This document shows positions 25,582 through 35,695 of a stretch of 51,538 nucleotides of DNA, piece by piece (the stretch's first letter is position 1; each line of letters begins with the position of its first letter). The position numbers and the translations under genes are program-made. The notes under the pieces are model-generated. The model did no database searches, had not been told where the DNA came from, and worked only from the letters and a program-made list of their open reading frames with translations. Source of the DNA: Patescibacteria group bacterium (GTDB lineage Bacteria > Patescibacteriota > Patescibacteriia > Patescibacteriales > UBA12465); assembly GCA_041671365.1 (NCBI GenBank), contig JBAZBP010000001.1, forward strand, positions 182,459-233,996, written 5' to 3'.

Positions 25582-26769
25582 ATGTTTATGAAAATACAGA
25601 GTATTAAAAAAATAAAAAATCTAAAAAATAAAATCGTTTTTTTGCGGGTGGATTTTAATGTGCCTCTTTCAAAAGGGAAGATTAAGGATGATTATAAAAT
25701 TAAAGCAGGATTAGAAACCATTAAATATTTAGTAGAACGGGGCGCACGAATAATTGTCGCTACTCATCTCGGGGAACCGGTTAAAAAATTTGAAGTCGCC
25801 TATTCGGTTCGGCCGGTGGCCGCGCGATTAAGAACTTTATTAAAACGATCAGTTAAGTTTTTGCCGGAGGCCGTCGGTTTAAAAACTAGAACAGCAGTTA
25901 AAAACATGAAACCGGGGGAAATTATTATGTTTGAAAATTTACGTTTTTATCCCGGTGAGTATAATAATGATCCGAGTTTCGCTGCGGAGTTAGCCGCTCC
26001 GGCCGATATTTATATTAATGATGCCTTGGCGGTTAGCCATCGCGCTCAGGCCTCCGTTGACGCTATTAAAAATTATTTGCCTTCTTACGCCGGTTTATTG
26101 TTGGAGCAAGAGCTTTATGCCCTTAATAAAATTTTGCAACCCCAAAAACCATTAGTGGTGATTATTGGTGGCGCTAAAATTAAAACCAAGGCGCCTCTGA
26201 TTTTAAAATTGCAGAAGGTGGCTGATAAAATTTTAGTCGGCGGCGGCTTAGCTAATAATTTTTTTAAATTTCAAGGATTGGAAATCGGTCGCTCATTAGT
26301 CGATGATAACAGCGCGGCGGTAATAAAAAAATTTTTTAATCGAAAGAAATTAAATTCTAAAATTATTTTACCGAGCGATGTTGTAGTGAAAACTAAAAAC
26401 GGTCAGATTAAAGTCGTTAAGCCGGGGGCAGTCCAGGCGACTGATCGTATTTTAGATATCGGTCCGTCAACCATTGCCGATTTTGCTGTTTACATAAAAA
26501 CCGCCCAAACTTTGGTTTGGAACGGACCATTAGGTCTATTTGAAGAGGCTAGTTTTAAACATGGTACCCTGGCCATTGCCACTCTCATGGCTGCTCGTTC
26601 TTCGGGGCGGGCTTATGGTTTGGTCGGTGGCGGGGAAACGGTTGAAGCTTTAAAATTAACAAAAATGACCAAATATATTGATTGGATATCTACCGCCGGC
26701 GGGGCAATGCTTACTTTTCTGGGCGGAGGAAAGATGCCGGGGCTAAATAAAATAATAAGTAATTATTAA
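25582..26769 (+). CDS. pgk: Phosphoglycerate kinase
   Basis: RVDFNVP N-terminus, FENLRF, and GGGETV motifs. The start is ambiguous among TTG 25579, ATG 25582 and ATG 25588. Confidence 0.92.
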   Translation: MFMKIQSIKKIKNLKNKIVFLRVDFNVPLSKGKIKDDYKIKAGLETIKYLVERGARIIVATHLGEPVKKFEVAYSVRPVAARLRTLLKRSVKFLPEAVGLKTRTAVKNMKPGEIIMFENLRFYPGEYNNDPSFAAELAAPADIYINDALAVSHRAQASVDAIKNYLPSYAGLLLEQELYALNKILQPQKPLVVIIGGAKIKTKAPLILKLQKVADKILVGGGLANNFFKFQGLEIGRSLVDDNSAAVIKKFFNRKKLNSKIILPSDVVVKTKNGQIKVVKPGAVQATDRILDIGPSTIADFAVYIKTAQTLVWNGPLGLFEEASFKHGTLAIATLMAARSSGRAYGLVGGGETVEALKLTKMTKYIDWISTAGGAMLTFLGGGKMPGLNKIISNY

Positions 26770-26773
26770 TACT

Positions 26774-28024
26774 ATGGTAAAAATAAAAAATATTAGCGCG
26801 CGAGAAATTTTGGATGCGCGCGGCTTACCCACTATTGAGGCGCGAGTATTTTTGGATGATGATTCGACTGCCGTAGCGAGTGTGCCGAGCGGTTCTTCTT
26901 TCGGAAATAATGAAGCTTGGGATTTGCGCGATGGCGACGCTCGGCGTTATCAAGGGCAAGGGGTTTTAAAAGCGGTCAGAAAAATTCAAGAAATCATCGC
27001 ACCGGCTTTACAGAAAAAAAAAATAACGGAGCAAACGGCGATTGATCAAATTTTGATTGATTTGGACGGGACGGAGAATAAAAAAAATTTAGGGGTTAAT
27101 GCTGTTTTGGCCGTTTCTCTGGCAGTCGCTCGAGCGGCCGCCGGGAGCGAAAAACAAGAGTTATTTGTTTATTTAAAAAATACATTTTCTCTGGCCGCGC
27201 CTAAAATTCCCGTACCGCTTTTTAATATTTTTAACGGCGGCAAGCATGCCGACACTAATTTAGATTTTCAGGAATTCTTGTTAATTCCGAAATTAGCTAG
27301 TGCCGGAGAAATGGTTAGAATGGGCGCGGAAGTCTTTAAGGAATTAGGAGTGGTTTTACGTGAATCCGGTTATGATACTGATACCGGCGTCGAAGGTGGC
27401 TATGCGCCTAATTTAGATTCCAGTATTGAAGCCTTGGAGCTTATTTTAGCGGCCGCCTTACGCGTTGGTTATAAGCCGGGCAAAGATTTGCATTTAGGAA
27501 TCGACGTCGGCTCCTCGATTTTGTATGAAGAGAAAAAGCAAAAATATATTTTTCCTTTAGATCAGGCTTATTTTACCTCCAGCAACTTGATCGGTTTGTA
27601 TAATGAGTGGTTTAAAAAATACCCTCTAGTTTATTTAGAAGACGGTTTAGCTCCCGAAGATTGGTCGGCTTGGCGAGAGCTGACCGCCGAGCTAGGGGCA
27701 AAAATGTTAATTGTCGGCGACGATTTATTTACAACTAGCTCTGCCCGTCTGAGCCGTGGTTTAAAAGAAAAAACGGCTAATGCCGTAGTGGTTAAACCTA
27801 ATCAAGCCGGAACTTTGACTGAAACTATCGCTTTTTTAAAGTTGGCTCAGAAAAATAAATATAAAATTATCGTTTCCCAGCGCAGTTGTGAAACAAATGA
27901 TGATTTTATTGTTGATTTAGCCGTAGCTAGCGGCGCTGATTATTTAAAGGCCGGCTCTCTCTCGCGGGGAGAGCGCGTGTCTAAATATAATCGCTTAATG
28001 GCTATAGCTGATATTATTAAATAA
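26774..28024 (+). CDS. eno: Enolase (signature variant)
   Basis: REILDARGLPTIE, VEGGYAPN, LEDGL, VGDDL and VKPNQAGTLTE are present. The usual SHRSGETED reads SQRSCETND. Confidence 0.88.
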   Translation: MVKIKNISAREILDARGLPTIEARVFLDDDSTAVASVPSGSSFGNNEAWDLRDGDARRYQGQGVLKAVRKIQEIIAPALQKKKITEQTAIDQILIDLDGTENKKNLGVNAVLAVSLAVARAAAGSEKQELFVYLKNTFSLAAPKIPVPLFNIFNGGKHADTNLDFQEFLLIPKLASAGEMVRMGAEVFKELGVVLRESGYDTDTGVEGGYAPNLDSSIEALELILAAALRVGYKPGKDLHLGIDVGSSILYEEKKQKYIFPLDQAYFTSSNLIGLYNEWFKKYPLVYLEDGLAPEDWSAWRELTAELGAKMLIVGDDLFTTSSARLSRGLKEKTANAVVVKPNQAGTLTETIAFLKLAQKNKYKIIVSQRSCETNDDFIVDLAVASGADYLKAGSLSRGERVSKYNRLMAIADIIK

Positions 28025-28027
28025 GTT

Positions 28028-28942
28028 ATGATTACGAAAAATACTGTTGATAGCGATGTTGCGCCGGAGATTTTTCAGAAACATCGGCCGGTGGTTTTAT
28101 TATTGATAGATGGTTGGGGGGTGACTCCGGCAAATGAATTTAATGCTACCACCCTCGCAAAGACTCCAGTTTTTTTAAATTTAATAAAAGAATATCCCGT
28201 CGCTCTACTTAGCCCCGGAGTTGGTAGTTGGAATGCGCGTTATTTAACTATTGGCGCCGGTCAAGAGATTGTCTCCGAGGATACTGAACCGGCCGTGACA
28301 TTGACGGCAGTTTTGGCGGCCGCTAAATTAAAACAGATTAAAATTTCCGAGACGGAACGTTTTGCCGCTTTAACTTATTTTTTTAATGGTCGCGCAGAAC
28401 AAAAAATGCCAGGGGAGGAATGGAAAATTATTTCATCCGTCGGTGGTCAAGCAGCCGTTAGACCTTCATTGGCGCTGCAGCGCACAGTTAAAGAAATTAT
28501 AAAAACCATAGAAGCTGATGAGCCCTTTGATTTTATAGTCGCCGCCGTGCCTTTCTTAGATTTAGTAGCCGCTGGCGGCGACCTGGCTGTAGTAAAAAAA
28601 GCAGTAGAGCTTTTAGATAAAAATTTGCGCCCGATTTTAACGGCGGTGGAATCTAGAAACGGAGTATTAATAATATCGGCTGCCGGCGGTAATGCCGAAC
28701 GAATGTGCCATCCCGGTACAGATTTAGTCGATAACCGTAAAACTAATAATCCGGTGCCGATTATAATTATTGGTTCGGAGTTTGAAGGCAAGACTATCGG
28801 CTTGTCCGATCCTTTAAATAATGATTTGAATTTATTGGCTTCAGTCGGCACCTTAGCTGACTTAGCCCCGACTATTTTACAAATAATGAACCTAAATAAG
28901 CCGATAGAAATGACCGGCCAAGGCTTGCTTTGTAAAAATTAA
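28028..28942 (+). CDS. Truncated, degenerate cofactor-independent phosphoglycerate mutase (iPGM)-like protein
   Basis: 304 aa. LLLIDGWGV, TIGAGQ, SETERFAALTYFFNG, GGNAE and NNPVPIIII align by eye to GpmI motifs. The roughly 200-aa transferase domain is missing and several metal-ligand positions are substituted. Confidence 0.55.
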   Translation: MITKNTVDSDVAPEIFQKHRPVVLLLIDGWGVTPANEFNATTLAKTPVFLNLIKEYPVALLSPGVGSWNARYLTIGAGQEIVSEDTEPAVTLTAVLAAAKLKQIKISETERFAALTYFFNGRAEQKMPGEEWKIISSVGGQAAVRPSLALQRTVKEIIKTIEADEPFDFIVAAVPFLDLVAAGGDLAVVKKAVELLDKNLRPILTAVESRNGVLIISAAGGNAERMCHPGTDLVDNRKTNNPVPIIIIGSEFEGKTIGLSDPLNNDLNLLASVGTLADLAPTILQIMNLNKPIEMTGQGLLCKN

Positions 28943-28956
28943 TTTTTTAGTATTTT

Positions 28957-28990
28957 AAAAAAAACTCCAAATTATTTTGGAGTTTTTTTT
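28957..28990. terminator. Bidirectional intrinsic terminator
   Basis: Stem AAAACTCCAAA / TTTGGAGTTTT, with an A-run and a T-run on either side. Confidence 0.65.
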
Positions 28991-29005
28991 GTAAAGAAAA
29001 TTATA

Positions 29006-29437
29006 TTAAAATAACCAATATCCAGCCAGACTTGTAATCATGCCGATCAGAAGTCCGATAATTACTTGAAAAGGCGTATGTCCGATATGTTCCAGAAGTT
29101 TGGGATAAGTATGATCTAAAAATTCATCATCTTTCAAGTCTTTGACTAAAATATTTAAAGTTTTGCCGTGTTGTCCTAGATAATTTCTTAAACCAATGGC
29201 ATCCACAATTACAATCATCGCGAAAACAAGAGCGGCGGAAAAAATTGGGGAACTCAGACCTAATTTTAAGCCCAGAATCGTTACTAAGGCGATAACGACA
29301 GCGGTGTGACCGGAGGGCATATCGGAATAAGCAAAAATATCGCGCCAAGTAATTTTATGATGGAATGAACGGATGATTATTTTTAAACCCTGAGCTATGG
29401 CAAACGCGATTATTGGACAAAATAAGTAAAGATACAT
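29006..29437 (-). CDS. Divergent PAP2 (DUF212) family membrane protein
   Basis: 143 aa with four TM helices and the DMPSGHTA motif. Confidence 0.7.
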   Translation of the reverse strand: MYLYLFCPIIAFAIAQGLKIIIRSFHHKITWRDIFAYSDMPSGHTAVVIALVTILGLKLGLSSPIFSAALVFAMIVIVDAIGLRNYLGQHGKTLNILVKDLKDDEFLDHTYPKLLEHIGHTPFQVIIGLLIGMITSLAGYWLF

Positions 29438-29441
29438 ATTA

Positions 29442-31502
29442 TTAAATATCTAAATTTTCAACTTTTTTAGCATGAGTCTGAATAAAATTTTTGCGCGGAG
29501 CGACGTTGTCGCCCATTAGCATATCAAAGATTTGGTCGGCCTTGGCGGCGTCCTCAACCGTAACCTGTTTTACTATGCGGCGTGCCGGGTCCATGGTTGT
29601 TTCCCATAATTGTCCCGGGTTCATTTCTCCTAAACCCTTATAACGTTGAATATGAATTTTAACATTTTTCTTTTTGTCTTCTGTTTCTTCATTTTTTTTA
29701 CTTTTTTTGTTTCCAGTCTCGTCGCTTGTTTCCGTTAATTCTATTTCTGAGCTCTCGCCCTCATCATTTTCCGTTCCTTCCTCTACTGCGCCAGCTACTC
29801 CTCCGCCCAATTCCATAATAATTTGATCTTTCTCTTCATCACTGTAAGCATAGCGGACATTGACTCCTTTTTTTAATTGGTATAATGGCGGCTGGGCAAT
29901 ATACATATATCCGCCAGAAACTAATGGGGCAAAATGGCGAAAAAATAGAGTTAATAATAATGTGCGGATATGGGCGCCGTCGACGTCGGCATCGGTCATG
30001 ATTATAATCCGGTGATATCTTAGTTTTTCTAGATCAAACTGGTCATCGATATTCGTGCCGAGAGCGATCACCAGATTTTTTATTTCATTATTGGCCAACA
30101 TTTTATCTAAACGTGCTCTTTCCACATTTAAAATTTTACCGCGTAAAGGCAGGATTGCTTGAAAGCGACGGTTACGGCCTTGTTTAGCACTGCCACCGGC
30201 GGAGTCTCCCTCGACGATATATAATTCGCATTCTTCCGGATGGCGGCTGGAGCAATCAGCTAATTTTCCCGGCAAAGTCATGCCTTCTAATGCCCCCTTA
30301 CGTAGAATTGTGGCTCGAGCACTGCGAGCGGCGAGGCGAGCTTGAGCAGATAAAAGACATTTACCGATAATTGCCTCGGCTTCTTTAGGATGTTCTTCCA
30401 GAAAAGTATTGAAATTTTCACCAAAAATAGTTTCGACATAGCCTTTCATTTCAGCGTTACCCAGTTTACCCTTGGTCTGTCCCTCGAATTGAGGTTCCGG
30501 CAATTTAACACTAATAATTGCCGTTAAACCCTCGCGAACGTCGTCGCCGGTTAAATTTTCTTGTTTTTCTTTTATCAGGTTCTTGTTCCGGGCATAGTTA
30601 TTTAGAGTTCTGGTTAAGGCTGTTCGGAAGCCAATTAGATGTGTTCCTCCTTCGGGATTGTGAATATTATTGGCAAAAGCTAAAACAGTTTCATTATATT
30701 CATCGTTATATTGCAAAGATAATTCTATTTTACAATTATTAAAATCTTTATCAACATAAAATATTGTTTCATTTTTAACGGTTTTATTTCGATGCAGAGA
30801 TTTAATATACGATTTAATCCCGCCTTCAAAATGAAATTTATATTTTTTTTGTCGATGACCATTACGTTTATCTAAAATATTAATCGTAATACCTTTAGTT
30901 AAATAGGCTTGCTGTCTTAAGCGATCAAGAATTTTTCCCCAACTATATTCTAGTTCGGTAAAAATTGTTTTGTCAGCTTTAAAAGTTATAGTCGTGCCGT
31001 TTCCCTTAGCCGGTCCAACCGGTTTAGCCGCTCTGAGGGGTTTGCCGAATTTATATTCTTGTTCCCAAGTTTTGCCATCCCGGCGAACTTCAGCTTTAAG
31101 ATATTCACTCAGGGCGTTCACGACAGATACGCCGACGCCATGTAAGCCGCCGGAAACTTTATAGCCGTCACCGCCGAACTTGCCGCCAGCATGCAATTTA
31201 GTTAGAACCGTTTCTAGGGCGGAAACCCCGGTAACTTTATGCTTATCAACCGGAATACCGCGGCCATTGTCAATTACCTCTACCAGGCCGTCAGGCAGCA
31301 AGGAAACGGAAATTTCCGTGGCGTAGCCAGCCATAGCTTCATCAATAGAATTATCTACTACTTCCCAGATTAAATGATGTAAGCCGGCGGCGGAAGTTGA
31401 ACCAATGTACATGCCGGGACGCTTGCGTACCGGGTCTAAACCCTCGAGGACAGTGATTTGATCAGCTCCGTAATTACTGATTTTTTTCGTATCTTTGGCC
31501 AT
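29442..31502 (-). CDS. gyrB: DNA gyrase subunit B
   Basis: Start set at MAKDTKK (ATG 31502). Motifs LEGLDPVRKRPGMYIG, EGDSAGGSAKQGR and QRYKGLGEMNP. An acidic/lysine-rich low-complexity insert of about 45 aa precedes QRYKGLGEM. Confidence 0.95.
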   Translation of the reverse strand: MAKDTKKISNYGADQITVLEGLDPVRKRPGMYIGSTSAAGLHHLIWEVVDNSIDEAMAGYATEISVSLLPDGLVEVIDNGRGIPVDKHKVTGVSALETVLTKLHAGGKFGGDGYKVSGGLHGVGVSVVNALSEYLKAEVRRDGKTWEQEYKFGKPLRAAKPVGPAKGNGTTITFKADKTIFTELEYSWGKILDRLRQQAYLTKGITINILDKRNGHRQKKYKFHFEGGIKSYIKSLHRNKTVKNETIFYVDKDFNNCKIELSLQYNDEYNETVLAFANNIHNPEGGTHLIGFRTALTRTLNNYARNKNLIKEKQENLTGDDVREGLTAIISVKLPEPQFEGQTKGKLGNAEMKGYVETIFGENFNTFLEEHPKEAEAIIGKCLLSAQARLAARSARATILRKGALEGMTLPGKLADCSSRHPEECELYIVEGDSAGGSAKQGRNRRFQAILPLRGKILNVERARLDKMLANNEIKNLVIALGTNIDDQFDLEKLRYHRIIIMTDADVDGAHIRTLLLTLFFRHFAPLVSGGYMYIAQPPLYQLKKGVNVRYAYSDEEKDQIIMELGGGVAGAVEEGTENDEGESSEIELTETSDETGNKKSKKNEETEDKKKNVKIHIQRYKGLGEMNPGQLWETTMDPARRIVKQVTVEDAAKADQIFDMLMGDNVAPRKNFIQTHAKKVENLDI

Positions 31503-31687
31503 ATATATTTTAAACGTTAAAATAAAAAATTCCCGCATTAAAAGGGCATTTTTATTATCATTTCCGTATTAACGGAAACCTATTTTTAAGCTCATTATCT
31601 AAGATTATTTTAGCAAAAAATATCTGTTTTGGCAAATGTCTAACTAGGAGCTTTTTTTTCTTTAAAAACCGTGTTAATATAAGATAT

Positions 31688-32605
31688 ATGTCTAAAATTC
31701 TTGTGACTGGCGGAGCCGGATTTATCGGTTCCACTCTAGTTGATAAATTAATTTCTGGCGGAAATCAGGTGGTTGTTATCGACGATTTGTCTTCAGGACG
31801 AAAGGATTACGTGAATTCGGCCGCTAAATTCTATCAAATTGATATTGGTTCTCCGGAGGTCGCCGAAATTTTTAAAATTGAAAAATTTGATTTTGTTTAT
31901 CATTTGGCGGCGCAAATTGAAATTAGTAAATCAATGATTAACCCGGTCAGAGATAATAAGATTAATGTTTTGGGCGGATTGAATATTTTAGAAAATTGTC
32001 GGATTAATAAAATAAAAAAAATAATTTTTTCTTCCACCGGCGGAGCGATTTATGGCGATGCCGAAGAAATACCAACAACCGAATCGTTTCCCGCTTATCC
32101 GGTATCATTTTATGGCATCCATAAATTAACTTTTGAAAAATATTTAAATTGCTATTATCGAATTTATGATTTAGATTATACTATTTTACGTTTTGCCAAT
32201 GTTTTCGGTCCGCGACAATTTAAGGGCGGAGAAGCCGGAGTGATCGCGATTTTTATTGACAATGCTGTTAAGAATCTAGAGAGCACACAAAACGGCGATG
32301 GCCGGCAGACTCGCGATTTTGTATATATTGATGATGTGGTGCGCGGTCTATGCTTAGCTAAAGATATAACTTGTCACGGAGAAATAAATATTGGTTCGGG
32401 TCTAGAAACGAACTTGCACGATATTCGTCGGGATATTGAGAAAGCTCTCGGACGGCCGATACTTATTAAAGAAGCGCCAGCTAAACCCGGAGAGCAGCGA
32501 CGTAGCTGTTTAAGTTATCAACGCGCCAGTACAGTTTTAGATTGGCGTCCGGAAATAAGCTTAGCCGAGGGAATTAAAAAAACGATTGAATGGGCGCAAG
32601 AGTAA
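31688..32605 (+). CDS. NAD-dependent sugar epimerase/dehydratase (UDP-glucose 4-epimerase-like)
   Basis: ILVTGGAGFIGS Rossmann motif and a YxxxK-type segment (YGIHK). Confidence 0.8.
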   Translation: MSKILVTGGAGFIGSTLVDKLISGGNQVVVIDDLSSGRKDYVNSAAKFYQIDIGSPEVAEIFKIEKFDFVYHLAAQIEISKSMINPVRDNKINVLGGLNILENCRINKIKKIIFSSTGGAIYGDAEEIPTTESFPAYPVSFYGIHKLTFEKYLNCYYRIYDLDYTILRFANVFGPRQFKGGEAGVIAIFIDNAVKNLESTQNGDGRQTRDFVYIDDVVRGLCLAKDITCHGEINIGSGLETNLHDIRRDIEKALGRPILIKEAPAKPGEQRRSCLSYQRASTVLDWRPEISLAEGIKKTIEWAQE

Positions 32606-32615
32606 AAATAATATT

Positions 32616-33356
32616 ATGAAAAAATTAATCGTCACTAACTGGAAAATGCAGCTAACTATAAAAGATGGTTTGAGTCTGGCTAAAAAAATAACGAAAAACA
32701 TAAAAACTTTTCAATCGGAAGTGGTCATTTGTCCTGATTATCTTTCGCTGCCTTTTATTAGTCCGGTTTTAAAAAAATCTAAGATAATTTTAGGCGCGCA
32801 AGATAGCGCCATGGCTAATTTCGGTGCTTATACTGGTGAAGTTTCTCCGGTCAATTTAAAAACCCTGGGCGTTAAATATGTTATTATCGGACATAGTGAA
32901 CGACGTGAACATTTACATGAAAATTCGGCTATTATCAAGGATAAAGTTAATGCCTCCTTAGCTAATAATTTGATCCCGGTTTTATGTATCGGCGAAAAAT
33001 TAAGCGAAAAAGAAAGCGGAGAGACTAAAAATTATTTAAAGACGGAGTTGCGTCACGCCCTCCGGGGCGTTAGAATTAAAACGGCGGCCGATTTGGTAAT
33101 TGCCTATGAGCCGATTTGGGCGATTAGTTCTAATAAAAATTCTCGGCCGATGCTAGCCGCCGAGGCCGATTCTATCCAATTATATATCAAGGCTCAGGTT
33201 GCCGGTATTTTAAAGAAAACCGTGCGAGTTTTATATGGCGGCAGCGTTAACGCCGATAATGCTGGAGAATTCTTAAGGCAAAAAAATATTGACGGTCTGC
33301 TTATCGGCGCGGCATCTCTTCGAGTTAAAGATTTTAATTCCATATGTTCAATTTAA
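32616..33356 (+). CDS. tpiA: Triosephosphate isomerase
   Basis: Start set at MKKLIVTNWKM (ATG 32616). Motifs IGHSERR, AYEPIWAI and YGGSV. Confidence 0.9.
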   Translation: MKKLIVTNWKMQLTIKDGLSLAKKITKNIKTFQSEVVICPDYLSLPFISPVLKKSKIILGAQDSAMANFGAYTGEVSPVNLKTLGVKYVIIGHSERREHLHENSAIIKDKVNASLANNLIPVLCIGEKLSEKESGETKNYLKTELRHALRGVRIKTAADLVIAYEPIWAISSNKNSRPMLAAEADSIQLYIKAQVAGILKKTVRVLYGGSVNADNAGEFLRQKNIDGLLIGAASLRVKDFNSICSI

Positions 33357-34147
33357 TTTCCATTATTTTAATTATATTATCGGCGTTAATTATATTAACG
33401 ATTATTGTAAAAAAATTTCCAGCTCTGGCACTTTTAGATGTGGTTAATATTCCTGGCGAAAAGGAGGTTAAATTTAAACATAAGATTATTAAGGCTCGAG
33501 TCGAGCGTGATTTAGCGCGCTGGAGTGGGTTTTTTGGTAGAGCCTGGCTATTTATTCACCAACGATTAGTTATTTTTTTGCAAGCACGACAGGCTGGTCT
33601 AAAAAAAATAAAAGCTAGCTACGCTATTAATATTAAAGTTCCCTGGCTGGAAAGACAAAAACGTATTCGGGAACTGGCGGTATCCGTTAAAGAATCTTTA
33701 AAAAAAGAAGATGAGAATTCGGCGGAAGAAAAACTAATGGAGATTATTAGTTTAGATCAAAAAAATTTAGAAGCTTTTTTTCGTTTGGGTAGTTTATATG
33801 CCGGCCAGAAAAAATTGTCGGAGGCGCGTCAAACTTATGAATACGCCTTAAAGTTGGCCAAACAGCGAGATCAGGCAGATTTAGTCGGAGACATTACGCT
33901 TCAAGAAATTTATTTTTCTATGGCCGAGATGGAAAGAGAGGAAGATAATTTTGAAGAGGCCCTGGAAAATATTCGGGAAGCCTTAGAGCTTGAACCCAAT
34001 AGTCCGCGTTATCTTGATTTAATTTTAGATTTAAGTATAATAAAGAAAGATAAAAATTTGGCTCAAGAATATTGGAACAAATTAGCCGCTGTAAACCCGG
34101 AAAATAATAAATTACCGGAATGGCAGAAAAAAATAGAAAAATTATAA
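33344..34147 (+). CDS. Membrane-anchored TPR-repeat protein
   Basis: N-terminal TM helix. TPR-like helical repeats (AFFRLGSLYAGQKKLSEARQTYEYALKL...). Confidence 0.55.
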   Translation: MFNLISIILIILSALIILTIIVKKFPALALLDVVNIPGEKEVKFKHKIIKARVERDLARWSGFFGRAWLFIHQRLVIFLQARQAGLKKIKASYAINIKVPWLERQKRIRELAVSVKESLKKEDENSAEEKLMEIISLDQKNLEAFFRLGSLYAGQKKLSEARQTYEYALKLAKQRDQADLVGDITLQEIYFSMAEMEREEDNFEEALENIREALELEPNSPRYLDLILDLSIIKKDKNLAQEYWNKLAAVNPENNKLPEWQKKIEKL

Positions 34148-34159
34148 ATTAAAATTAAG

Positions 34160-34232
34160 GCCGTTGTAGCTCAGCTGGTAGAGCATCTCCATGGTAAGGA
34201 GAAGGTCACCGGTTCAAACCCGGTCAACGGCT
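34160..34232 (+). tRNA. tRNA-Thr (anticodon GGU)
   Basis: GCCGTTGTAGCTCAGCTGGTAGAGCATCTCCATGGTAAGGAGAAGGTCACCGGTTCAAACCCGGTCAACGGCT folds as a cloverleaf. Anticodon loop is AT-GGT-AA. Confidence 0.85.
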
Positions 34233-34323
34233 CAGAAGAAAACCGATTTATTAGATCGGTTTTTCCGTTATGATTGTTCGCCTTCTTCCTTTATGGGTGT
34301 TTCCATACTATACTGTTAGAACT

Positions 34324-35631
34324 ATGAAACAAAAAGAAGCTTTAGCAATATTGGAGGCGGGGCATAATATTCTTTTAACTGGTCCGGCGGGCAGCGGGAA
34401 GACTTTTTTATTAAATCAATACATCGGCCATTTAAAAAAGAAGAACATCGGAGTGGCCATAACCGCCTCAACCGGTATCGCGGCGACTCATCTAGGCGGA
34501 CGAACTATACATTCCTGGGCCGGAATCGGAATTAAGGATCGGTTAAGTTCGAGAGATATTCAGGCACTTACAAAAAAATCTTATTTGAAAAAGCAATTTG
34601 AAAAAACTGCAGTTTTAGTGATTGATGAAATATCTATGTTGCCCGCCCATCGTTTAGATTTGATTGATTCAGTTTGCCAAGCTTTTAAAAAAAATTCTTT
34701 GCCATTTGGCGGCCTTCAGATTATTATGTCCGGAGATTTTTTTCAGCTTCCGCCGATTTCTTCCGGCGGAGTCGAAGTGGAGTTTGTTTATAAATCAAAC
34801 GTTTGGTCGGAAATGGATTTGCGCGTTTGTTATTTGGACGAACAGCATCGTCAGAATGATAAAAAGATGATTAGCATTTTAAAAAGTTTAAGAGAGGATG
34901 CTGTTGATGCAGAAACTATTAAGTTACTGAAAAGCCGAATGAATCAAAAAATTAATGACGAAGTTAAGCCGATTAGATTATTTACGCACAATATTGATGT
35001 TGATGTTATTAACGATGTTGAACTTAAAAAGATTATCGCTCCCGAATTTGTTTATCGTATGACCAGCGAGGGTGAAAAGAGATTAGTGGAATCTCTAAAG
35101 AAAAATTGCTTGGTTCCGGAGAAGTTGACCTTAAAGAAAGGAGCGCAGGTCATGTTTGTTAAAAATAAGTTTAAGGAAGAAAAAGCTGTATATGTTAATG
35201 GCAGCATGGGGATAGTTATAGGTTTTGAGGAAAATAATTTTCCCCTGGTTCGTTTAAAAACCGGCGAAGAAATTTTAGTGACGCCGGATAGCTGGACAAT
35301 TGATGATGAGCAAAGAATTTTAGCTAAAATAAATCAGCTTCCGCTTCGTTTGGCTTGGGCCATAACCGTCCATAAAAGTCAGGGCATGACGCTTCAATCG
35401 GCTGAGATTGATTTAAGTCGTTCCTTTGGATTCGGAATGGGTTATGTGGCTTTATCTCGATTAACCAGTTTAGAGGGTTTATACCTGTTGGGAATTAATG
35501 ATATGGCTTACAAACTCGACCCTAGAATTTTTTCTTATAATCAAGAACTCTTAATTCTTTCTCAGCAGGCTAAAGATGATATTAGGCCTAAGGTTTATAA
35601 AAAACAGGGAGAATTGTTGACAGATTTGTAG
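34324..35631 (+). CDS. PIF1/RecD-like superfamily 1 DNA helicase
   Basis: Start set at MKQKEAL. Walker A GPAGSGKTF, Walker B VLVIDEISM, GDFFQLPPI, and C-terminal VHKSQGMT. Confidence 0.75.
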   Translation: MKQKEALAILEAGHNILLTGPAGSGKTFLLNQYIGHLKKKNIGVAITASTGIAATHLGGRTIHSWAGIGIKDRLSSRDIQALTKKSYLKKQFEKTAVLVIDEISMLPAHRLDLIDSVCQAFKKNSLPFGGLQIIMSGDFFQLPPISSGGVEVEFVYKSNVWSEMDLRVCYLDEQHRQNDKKMISILKSLREDAVDAETIKLLKSRMNQKINDEVKPIRLFTHNIDVDVINDVELKKIIAPEFVYRMTSEGEKRLVESLKKNCLVPEKLTLKKGAQVMFVKNKFKEEKAVYVNGSMGIVIGFEENNFPLVRLKTGEEILVTPDSWTIDDEQRILAKINQLPLRLAWAITVHKSQGMTLQSAEIDLSRSFGFGMGYVALSRLTSLEGLYLLGINDMAYKLDPRIFSYNQELLILSQQAKDDIRPKVYKKQGELLTDL

Positions 35632-35695
35632 TGTTGTGATATATTTTTCTATTACTTTAACAATTAAATTAAATCAATAAATAAAGGATAAAATC

